The notes under the pieces: generated by a model
The model's database searches: none
What the model was told of the DNA's origin: nothing
What the model saw: only the letters and a program-made list of their open reading frames with translations
In this document: one piece after another, positions 1 to 7,569 of the stretch
Layout of the letters: the number at the start of each line of letters is the position of its first letter
Position numbering within the stretch: position 1 is the first letter of the stretch
Made by a program: the position numbers and the translations under genes
Assembly: GCA_964422295.1 (NCBI GenBank)
Contig: CAYRAM010000008.1
Location: forward strand, 26,242-90,241
Length of the DNA: 64,000 bases
Direction of reading: 5' to 3'
From: an uncultured Planctomycetia bacterium
GTDB lineage: Bacteria > Planctomycetota > UBA8108 > UBA1146

Positions 1-75
1 GCAGATCAGCCCGGATTCCCGGTTCCCCGTTGCCTCCAAGCACAAGCTGACCAAGGAACTCCCTTTGCCATTCCA

Positions 76-948
76 TTGGTCCTTCGCGAGGATCACGGGC
101 CGATTGCCCACGTCGTCGTCCGTCGGCCACGCCACCTCAATGCTTTGAATAATGAAGCATTTCAACAGATCGAAGATCACTTCAAGGAGATCACCACCGA
201 TGACAGCATCGAGGGGGTTCTGCTCACAGGCTTCGGCATCAAAGCATTTGTTTCCGGTGCGGATGTGGGATTCCTCGCAAAAATAGACTCCTCCAAAATG
301 GGTGAATCGACATCCCTCGGATCCCAGGCATCGGTACAAGCGATCGAAGATTGCCCCAAACCCGTCATCTGCGCCATCAATGGTCTCGCTTTCGGGGGGG
401 GCAATGAGATCGCCATGGCCTGTGACGTGCGCATCTCCCGGGCAGGACTCAAAGTTCTCGTCGGCCAACCTGAAGTCAATCTGGGGATCATCCCGGGAGC
501 GGGAGGGACCCAACGATTGCCGCGCTGGGTAGGGGTCGAGAAAGCGGCAGAACTGATGCGCACGGGACGCCCCATCTCCTCCTCGGAAGCGGTCTCCATC
601 GGTCTCGTATCGGAAGAGGTGCCCGGTGATCCGAGAGCCTTGAGACGCAGGGCGACCGAGTTGCTCCTCGGTGCCATCCGGGGGGAGTCTCCCTTCAAGG
701 GAATCGAGACCGGCCCCCTGCAAACCCCTGATGAGTTACCCGCCGTGGACCTCGGACACCTGTCGACAGAAGTGGACAGGATCCTCCAAAATGCGATCAT
801 CGAAGGGTGCAGACTTCCTCTGAAGGAGGGTATCGCCCTCGAAGCTCGCTTTTTCGGAGAAGTTTGCTCCACCGAGGATATGCGCATCGGAGTCTCCAAT
901 TTCCTCGAAAATGGGCCGCGCACCCCTGCCCGATTCGTGAACGGATAG
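76..948 (+). CDS. Enoyl-CoA hydratase/isomerase (crotonase family). The start at 76 is TTG, and the frame is open back to the window edge, so the gene may extend upstream.
   Basis: The translation has crotonase-fold hallmarks: HVVVRRPRHLNALN near the N-terminus, the oxyanion-hole region AINGLAFGGGNEIAMACD, and GIIPGAGGTQRLPR. There is no in-frame stop between position 1 and 76. Confidence 0.8.
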   Translation: MVLREDHGPIAHVVVRRPRHLNALNNEAFQQIEDHFKEITTDDSIEGVLLTGFGIKAFVSGADVGFLAKIDSSKMGESTSLGSQASVQAIEDCPKPVICAINGLAFGGGNEIAMACDVRISRAGLKVLVGQPEVNLGIIPGAGGTQRLPRWVGVEKAAELMRTGRPISSSEAVSIGLVSEEVPGDPRALRRRATELLLGAIRGESPFKGIETGPLQTPDELPAVDLGHLSTEVDRILQNAIIEGCRLPLKEGIALEARFFGEVCSTEDMRIGVSNFLENGPRTPARFVNG

Positions 949-1297
949 CATAAGTCTTTAATTAAAAACAACTTAAGAAACTTCCCGAGTGCGTGAGATG
1001 ACCATCCCCGAGTTCCTCCTCCACATGCTCAAGAGCGGAATTGTGGAATAAACCCTTCTGAAGGGCAAAATTCACGAAATTCTCCCTTCCCTTTTCAGAC
1101 GTACCGGGGCTATCCTCGTAGTCATGAGACGTGATTCCTGCCCGATTCCGTGGCGGGCAACATGCCAGGCTTCATGTTTCTGTGGTATCGGTTGAGTTTG
1201 CGGAAGACTCTGATTGCCGATTTTCGCCGATTTGAACAGTTTTTACGGGTCCTCGATCAGGGTTCTCGATCCCAAAAGAGGGCAGGAAAGGAAATCC

Positions 1298-1486
1298 ATG
1301 GCAGATCAAGAGATGCTTCTCGTAGGAAGCAAAGCCAAGGCTGCGCTCAAGGAACATGATGTCAATGTGGGCGGAGATGCCCTCGATGGCCTGAACACAA
1401 TCATTCACCAATACATTCAACAGGCTGCCAAGCGTGCCACCCAAAATGGTCGCAAGACTGTGCGTGCACACGACTTCACCTGCTAG
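1298..1486 (+). CDS. Small bacterial histone-fold protein (Bd0055/DUF1931-like singlet histone), 62 aa.
   Basis: The internal ATG at 1298 is preceded by GGAAAGGAAATCC, which is a good SD sequence. The protein is MADQEMLLVGSKAKAALKEH...GRKTVRAHDF. The pattern LxVxSKxKxxLKE ... GRKTV-A-D matches bacterial histone-fold proteins of the Bdellovibrio and Leptospira type. A strong terminator follows it. Confidence 0.6.
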   Translation: MADQEMLLVGSKAKAALKEHDVNVGGDALDGLNTIIHQYIQQAAKRATQNGRKTVRAHDFTC

Positions 1487-1526
1487 TGATCGACTCGCTC
1501 TCGAAGCGATAGACAAGAAGGAGGCT

Positions 1527-1573
1527 TGGTGTCGAACACCAGGCCTCCTTCTTTTATTTTCGGCAAGCGGATT
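1527..1573 (+). terminator. Rho-independent terminator for the histone-fold gene.
   Basis: The hairpin GAAGGAGGCTTGGTGTCGAACACCAGGCCTCCTTC is followed by TTTTATTTT. Confidence 0.7.
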
Positions 1574-1605
1574 CGACTTCCGTGGTCGTAAGCAGGTTGA
1601 CGGAA

Positions 1606-4600
1606 TCAGGTACTGCGTCCGGATTCCCCCTCGAAGTCTTCTTTGCGAATCTCATGTCGCTTTAAAAGGTTTGAAAGTTGGGGACGGTGAATCCCCAATG
1701 CCTCAGCTGCGCGCGTGATATTACCCCCGGATCGGAACAACTCAGCGATGATGTAACGTTTCTCAAGGGCAGTTTTGGCTTCCTTGAGAGATAACTCTCC
1801 AGAAGTCAAGCTGGCGACCTCCTGCTCAAGAACCGGTTTTGTACCCGCCTTGAAGTATTCACTTCCACTCGATGCAAGGGAAGAAATCTCTGGGCAGGCA
1901 ACCGCAAACCAGTGAGGCAACACCGTGACCGGAACATCCATCGGCAAATTAAACTTCTCCCTGAGATCGAGAAGGACGTGTTGAAGATCCTTGCAGCGCT
2001 TGCGCAAATTATCTTCGCCAGTACCTATGAGAGCGCAAATGAGATGATCCCCACCTGTGTGATACACACCGTGTATCGGCTGTAAGGTTTCAATCAGTTG
2101 ACCCACAAACAACTCATCTTCGCGATCGCGCAACAACAGATCGAGACCCGGAAGGCAGATTTCAAGAAACCCGAGGGGTTCTTTATCCCTCTGATGTCGA
2201 AAGAGCAAATCTCCCAGATCTTCGTCAAATGCTGCTCTTGAGCCAATTTCACTCTGTTCGTACTCAAGTAGGTCTGCTGTCCTCGCAAGAGCAGTCAATT
2301 GGCCGCGGATCAGAGTCATCAGTTCACCGATCCTGTCCATTTCCTGCTGTTGGAACGGATGGCCGGCAGTCGGTCTTTCCAATACCAATGCCGCACTGAA
2401 CAACTCTGAGGCCTCGAAGGGGATCGCAACAAGGCTTCGCCCCCGCAGCGATGCACCCCCCGGGTGCGTCCCCACCCATTCTTCCCAATCGGCATCTCCG
2501 CTACGCAACGGGGCTTCCCTGGACAGAGTCTCCTGAGCCAAAGCACCCAAAGCGTTGTGAGGAGGCAACCACTCTTCCGCAGGTCCCATGTCCACGTCTG
2601 CAAGGCTTTGCCAACGCCTGCGGCGACGGGCTGCAATGAAACCACGGGGGCTGGGGACCACTCTGCGAATTTCATCGAGCAGTCCCGAAAGAAAAGGTCT
2701 CAAATCGCTGTATTGCCCAAGGGACCGAAGAGTATCAAAAAAGATGCCGGCCCCTTCAGCCTGGACTTCCTGCTCCACAGGAGAGACTCCATCAGATGCA
2801 ACATTGGTCCGATCTTCTGGCAACGAAACTTGTGGCACCGGCATCACGGATGCGGTCTCCTTGCGGAATCGAAGCAAATCTGTAAAGAAATCCTTACGCC
2901 TGCGATCATCACGGAATACCACCCTCATATCTTCTGGCAATCTCTGTGAGATCCTTTCAACGAGGGCAGAAGCACGCTCGTAGTGGCTCCTGGCTCCACT
3001 AATCTCATGAGTTGAATGGAGAACTCTTGCCATTGCGTAATGGATCTGCCATTGCAGGGGAAGCAATGAATCACCGGTGATCATCTGGAGAGATTTTTCG
3101 TAGTGATCGAGTGCCTTTTCGTGACCGTCGTCACTCCGTTGTCGGCTGATTGCGCCTTTGAGGAGAAGTCCCCTGACCAAGAGGGGAACAGACTGAAGAG
3201 ACTCCGCCGTCACCATTCCCCGAGTTACCACCTTCAATGCGGCCTCAAACTGCTCCTGCTCAAGTGAAAGCTGTGCTTGGTCAAAGCAACTTGCCGCGAC
3301 CACTCGTTCGGAGCTCCGCTTTTGAGCAAGATCTTCCGCCCGTTTCAATTCTTTTGCGGCTGTTTTCCACTCTCCACGCAACAATGCCAAATTCCCCTGG
3401 AGACGATGCCCCTCCGCCTGATGCTCTGGCAATTCAAACTCTTGGGAGAGGATCAATATCTGCCTGACCAAGTTTTCAACTTGTTTTCGCTCACCAAGTG
3501 CAAACCAAGTCCAACCAAGGTGAAGGAACGATTGGACGATTCCCCGTGTACTTCCATGCTTCTCGCTGTTGGAGATGCTGCGCTTGAAGTACCTGACCGC
3601 GCGAGAGTAATCCCCAGAGTGGGCATGCAAGCTGCCGATGGAATTCAGTGTGGGAGACACCTCCGTGGAATCACCGATTCTTTCACTGAGATGAAGGGAA
3701 CGACGGAAATATTCGAGACTGCGTGAAAAATCGCCACTGTTGCGATATATCTTTCCCAATAGGTCGTAGGTGGCTGCCAATGACTTGAGGTCTTGGGATT
3801 TTTCCACTACCTCCATCGCCCTGAACAGGTATCTCGCAGCACGGAAATGTTTTCCGCGGTCGTAATACACCCTGCCGATCGTTCTCAGTATTGCTCCCAG
3901 AGCCACAGAGTCACTTCCCTGCTCGACGAGTTCCAGAACCCTCTGATAACTGTTCAGGGCAGCTGCAGAATCCCCCCTTGCAAGATGAGCCTCCGCCGTG
4001 ATTTCGTAGATCTGGCACTGAAGTGAAGCGGCATCGTCCTGCTCTTCGAGTCCGGCAAACTCCTTCTGCGCTCTCAGGCAGAGACTCATCGCCCTTTTGA
4101 AATCGAGTCTCCTCAATCTCAAACGGGCCCTCAGCACACTCACCCGGGCGTGTGAAAGTGGGCCTGCAGCCTCCAATTCCGCATTTGAAATTCGATTGAG
4201 GACCTTGATCCCCTTCAGCGGCTCATTGATCTGCAAATAAATGTTGCTCAGAAACAATTGCGACTCGAACTTGATTCCCGGATCCAGGTTTGGTTCGGCA
4301 ATGAGCGCCTTGATGTGGGTCTTGGCCGCTTGTGGGTGTCCTGACTCCAGTTCGATCCTGGCGAGGGTCGACAGGATCTCCCTGCGTTCAACGACATGAC
4401 TATCCCCATCGACGTAAGTGAGCAATCTACGTCCGATGTCGATCGCCAATGGCTCTGCATAGGCATCTGCAAAGAACCTCATCGCGATCAAACCAGGTGA
4501 AATCGCTGCTGCGAATTGGGAAGCAGCATCAAACATCTCAAAAACTTCGTATGCGCGAACCGGCTCTTCACTACGATCGTCACTGGCTAACGTCTTCCCC

Positions 4601-5958
4601 AATTCCAGCTGCAGCCGAGCCGCTGAATTTTGCCCGAGAAAATTGCGCACTCCGTGAAGATAGAGCTCATGGGCAACGGAGTATCGTGTCACCCCATGAA
4701 CTTCCTGGATTTGCAGATAACCTCGCTGGCGTAGTTCATTCAGGGCTGCAATTAGGCGCTCCTCAGTCACTGCACAGGAGCGAGCCAACAGCGCTGACTG
4801 GACCGGCCTTCTCAGCAATGACAAGTGCTCCAGAACTTTTCTCTCCAGCGGCGGGAGGGCAGCAAGACGCCTCTCGATGAGGACTTCTTCCATCGATGAT
4901 CCCTCGGCACTCTCGATCAATGCCTGGACGCTTTCCGCCTCTGGGGGAGTTGCGACCCCGGTTTCCATGAGCAAGCGCCCGAATTCTCCGATCAGCAATG
5001 GATTCCCATGACACGCAGAACAAATCGCCGAAGAGATGGAATCCTCCAGATCTTCTCCAAGCAATCCGCCCAATAGCAGTCTTGACTCCTCTTCAGTGAA
5101 GGGTGGCACGATGGCAACATGACAGTAGGGTTGTTGTTTCAGTTGATTCAGCGCTTGATGCGTCTGGCCAGCCTGATCTCCTTCCCCATGATCTGCGATC
5201 AGAAGCAATCGCCCTCCTGGTTTCGGAAACTCACTATCCGTGGAATCCGCTTCGATGATGGAAGAGGCAAACTCTCCAGAGCGGCCTTCACGAGCACGGA
5301 TGTGTTTCCAATCACGGGCGTCCCCCCCGACCGCACTCTTCCCTTCATTGCTGCCTGTGTTCCATGAAAGTGAACTGTTGCGAGCAAGGAATTCGACAAA
5401 TTCGATGGTCCCGGGATCACTGCGATGGAGATCGTGGAGAACCAGAATCAAGGTCCTCCCCTGGGCCAACTCAAAGAGAATCTCTCCCAAAGCCTCATGA
5501 AACTGGATCCTGCCGCTTCGACCCGGTAATGGAGCTTTGAGCGATTCCTCACCCAACTCTCTGCGGAGCTCGGGGAAGACTCGTGCAAGGACATGTGCAT
5601 AGCGTTTCCACAGAGCGGAATCCTCTCCACTCTGCAGAATAAGATCCTTGATCAGTCGCAAAACTGGAAGAAACGGAATCCCCTGGCGATCGTGGCACTG
5701 GACCCGACAGCAAAGAATCGATTCAGATTCAGTCGTGTCTCTCGCCTTGAGTGCTTCCTCAATTAGCCAAGATTTGCCCACTCCTGCCTCGCCCTCGACG
5801 AGAGCAAGTGAGCAGTGAGATCCTGAATCGAGGCCTGGCCCCGGTTCCAAACCCTGGTGGATCCACCCCTGCATACCAACCAGAATCTGCTGGCGCTGCT
5901 GCCCGGCTTGGATCTCTTCTGTTGTTGCATCACGTTCCATCAGGGAATCTTCACTCAT
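1606..5958 (-). CDS. Giant multidomain transcriptional regulator: STAND/AAA_16-type ATPase, winged helix, long TPR array, GAF-like domain, degenerate GGDEF-like domain, and a C-terminal Fis-type HTH (HTH_8).
   Basis: A Walker A motif (LVEGEAGVGKSWL) sits near the N-terminus. Many TPR-like repeats occupy the middle. A GGDEF-like segment reads VYHTGGDHLICAL (GGDHL instead of GGEEF). The C-terminus is GGNITRAAEALGIHRPQLSNLLKRH, a typical Fis/NtrC HTH. The ORF track begins at TTG 6000 inside the repeat tract, but the ATG at 5958 (MSEDSLMERD) is preceded by GGAGGAACCCC and is the likelier start. Confidence 0.75.
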   Translation of the reverse strand: MSEDSLMERDATTEEIQAGQQRQQILVGMQGWIHQGLEPGPGLDSGSHCSLALVEGEAGVGKSWLIEEALKARDTTESESILCCRVQCHDRQGIPFLPVLRLIKDLILQSGEDSALWKRYAHVLARVFPELRRELGEESLKAPLPGRSGRIQFHEALGEILFELAQGRTLILVLHDLHRSDPGTIEFVEFLARNSSLSWNTGSNEGKSAVGGDARDWKHIRAREGRSGEFASSIIEADSTDSEFPKPGGRLLLIADHGEGDQAGQTHQALNQLKQQPYCHVAIVPPFTEEESRLLLGGLLGEDLEDSISSAICSACHGNPLLIGEFGRLLMETGVATPPEAESVQALIESAEGSSMEEVLIERRLAALPPLERKVLEHLSLLRRPVQSALLARSCAVTEERLIAALNELRQRGYLQIQEVHGVTRYSVAHELYLHGVRNFLGQNSAARLQLELGKTLASDDRSEEPVRAYEVFEMFDAASQFAAAISPGLIAMRFFADAYAEPLAIDIGRRLLTYVDGDSHVVERREILSTLARIELESGHPQAAKTHIKALIAEPNLDPGIKFESQLFLSNIYLQINEPLKGIKVLNRISNAELEAAGPLSHARVSVLRARLRLRRLDFKRAMSLCLRAQKEFAGLEEQDDAASLQCQIYEITAEAHLARGDSAAALNSYQRVLELVEQGSDSVALGAILRTIGRVYYDRGKHFRAARYLFRAMEVVEKSQDLKSLAATYDLLGKIYRNSGDFSRSLEYFRRSLHLSERIGDSTEVSPTLNSIGSLHAHSGDYSRAVRYFKRSISNSEKHGSTRGIVQSFLHLGWTWFALGERKQVENLVRQILILSQEFELPEHQAEGHRLQGNLALLRGEWKTAAKELKRAEDLAQKRSSERVVAASCFDQAQLSLEQEQFEAALKVVTRGMVTAESLQSVPLLVRGLLLKGAISRQRSDDGHEKALDHYEKSLQMITGDSLLPLQWQIHYAMARVLHSTHEISGARSHYERASALVERISQRLPEDMRVVFRDDRRRKDFFTDLLRFRKETASVMPVPQVSLPEDRTNVASDGVSPVEQEVQAEGAGIFFDTLRSLGQYSDLRPFLSGLLDEIRRVVPSPRGFIAARRRRRWQSLADVDMGPAEEWLPPHNALGALAQETLSREAPLRSGDADWEEWVGTHPGGASLRGRSLVAIPFEASELFSAALVLERPTAGHPFQQQEMDRIGELMTLIRGQLTALARTADLLEYEQSEIGSRAAFDEDLGDLLFRHQRDKEPLGFLEICLPGLDLLLRDREDELFVGQLIETLQPIHGVYHTGGDHLICALIGTGEDNLRKRCKDLQHVLLDLREKFNLPMDVPVTVLPHWFAVACPEISSLASSGSEYFKAGTKPVLEQEVASLTSGELSLKEAKTALEKRYIIAELFRSGGNITRAAEALGIHRPQLSNLLKRHEIRKEDFEGESGRST

Positions 5959-5960
5959 GG

Positions 5961-6085
5961 GGTTCCTCCAACACTGAGTCCTCAAACACTGAGTCCTCAA
6001 ACACTGAGTTCCTCAAACACTGAGTTCCTCAAACACTGAGTTCCTCAAACACTGAGTTCCTCCAACACTGAGTTCCTCCAACATT
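5961..6085. repeat. Tandem 15-16-bp minisatellite (AACACTGAGT(T)CCTCA/C, about 8 copies) lying directly upstream of the regulator start codon.
   Basis: The repeat is read directly from the sequence: two 15-bp units, then four 16-bp units, then two variant units ending ...CCTCC. On the coding (minus) strand each unit carries TGAGGAAC, which is an SD-like GAGGA. Confidence 0.9.
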
Positions 6086-6990
6086 TCCGACCTTTTGAGC
6101 CGTAATGAATGATGACGATCAGGGTATCGAGAGAAGTTCAGGGCGTAAAGTTTGCGAACACCCAATTCATGAGGAATTTCCCGAAGTTGAAGCCCAAGAA
6201 AGACTTATAATACTCCCCGTCGTCCCTACACGACGGGGATTGCTTGGACTTTTTGACGGTACGTCGAGGCACCTGCCCTGAAGAGCGTAGGGAAAGGCAG
6301 ACGTCAAGGTGGCAATTTACGGAACCCGATCACGGGGTTCAAAGGTGCCTGCGTCTGTGGAGGAGAGGGTGCTACTTCGAACGGTGCCGACTTGCCTACA
6401 CTGGATCAACTGCATGAAAATTCAGGAATCCAATGCCGGAGATCTTCGGCAACCCCCTTCGATTTCAACTGTAAGAACCACCCCTGGTAAATTACCCAGA
6501 GGTCATCCCCATGCTTCCCCAATGCTCTGCCAAGTTACTCCCTTGAATGGAGGTCACTCCCTGAGAAGCACCTCACTCTCGACAGTAACTGGCCATCCCC
6601 CACTGCGCAGGGCGGGACCCCCGTCCCGATCAAGCCCCTCACCTGAAACAGCCTACTTGCTGTTTCAGTTGTATTGGGCTACTCCCCCTGGAAGTCTCCA
6701 AATCAGGCGCCTGCGGACGCCCATTGAACCCATTTCTGTGTCACGGGGGAGACTCTCCCGTGTGGGGCTCAGTAAAGACGGAACGTTTCTCTGACAAATT
6801 TCCAACTTGGAGAAGCTTGAAGGTGGGCCGGTTGGCGGGATGGCTCTCCGACCGGGACTATGCCGAAGATAATTACTGATATCAAGGGTCTGAATTCAAG
6901 AAATCCCCTGGTGGGTACCTCTCCATTGGAAAATCCCGGAGTGGAGACCCGCATTTCCACTCCGGGGGAATGAACGAAGACCATCTTCGC

Positions 6991-7488
6991 TCAGAATCTG
7001 TCTCTTCGGGTGTTGCAACACTTTTTGATTCGGCACTTTCTGCCCTTTTCCGGAATCCAGCACCCCGGTACATGAACCCTCTGTTTACGAAACTCCCAGC
7101 GGTCCGGCAGCGCTATCTGGACGGTGTAGGGGATTCTCACCTGAACTCCACACAGGTAACGGATTCTGTACCTCACTTCGGTTCTGCATCCTCCGGATAC
7201 TCTCACCTTTTTGTTGACGTGCTTGAAGAAAGCGGGTTTCCACCGTTCAACGACTCCACAGGGCAATCTTCGCTTACGCACCCCATCGATACAAAAGTAG
7301 CGAGTCTGGCTGCGGGGAAGAGTCACATGAACCCGACGGGGAAAGGTTCTGCAGCCACCCTGGCTTAAACTCAGCCCGCGGCTTCTTTGAAAGCGATCCC
7401 CTACAGGATTCTTGGCTTCCACCGATTGGGGAACCAGAGTAAGAAATGCGATGAAACAGGCACAACCCAATAAGATTCGGGACAACAT
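6991..7488 (-). CDS. Hypothetical secreted small basic Cys-rich protein. This is a low-confidence call.
   Basis: The internal Met begins a plausible signal peptide, MLSRILLGCACFIAFLTLVPQSVEA, followed by about 140 aa rich in R, K and C with 9 Cys. It lies in an otherwise non-coding 1.5-kb gap. High-GC frame artefacts cannot be excluded. Confidence 0.2.
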   Translation of the reverse strand: MLSRILLGCACFIAFLTLVPQSVEAKNPVGDRFQRSRGLSLSQGGCRTFPRRVHVTLPRSQTRYFCIDGVRKRRLPCGVVERWKPAFFKHVNKKVRVSGGCRTEVRYRIRYLCGVQVRIPYTVQIALPDRWEFRKQRVHVPGCWIPEKGRKCRIKKCCNTRRDRF

Positions 7489-7569
7489 GGCCCGCTCCTT
7501 TCCAGTGGTCCCAACCACTGCCCGATGCAGTGAATAGGTCACACCAACAATGACGGAGCAGTCCAGGTT

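Noticed and set aside
177-971. A long antisense ORF of 264 aa opposite the enoyl-CoA hydratase gene. Similar antisense ORFs occur opposite ftsH (10033..11172 on the plus strand), E2 (16620..17612 on the minus strand), the radical SAM gene (45405..46577), the iron ABC permease (53315..54055), M42 peptidase (62704..63762), gspE2 (31564..32340) and rnr (25662..26588).
   Set aside because: These are high-GC antisense frame artefacts. Their products are Arg/Pro/Ser/Gly-rich with no recognisable domains, whereas the opposite strand in each case encodes a clearly conserved protein.
5959-6000. The N-terminal extension of the giant regulator (MRTQCLRTQCWRNP…) from the TTG at 6000.
   Set aside because: The extension is encoded by the repeat tract. 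The downstream ATG at 5958 has a near-perfect GGAGGA SD sequence at the correct spacing.
5751-6039. ORFs translating the tandem repeats (…SSNTESSNTESSNTEFLKH, …TLSPQTLSPQTLSS), and likewise 44178..44393 (NPTAGNSTAGNPTAGNPT) and 63585..63854 (HRQSIHRQTIHRQSM).
   Set aside because: The peptide periodicity simply mirrors the 15-bp DNA minisatellites. They have no start context and no flanking domain.
6309-6794. A 161-aa ORF in the long non-coding gap (PSISTVRTTPGKLPRGHPHASP…).
   Set aside because: It has a low-complexity Pro/Ser/Arg/Thr-rich composition typical of a spurious frame, with no start context.
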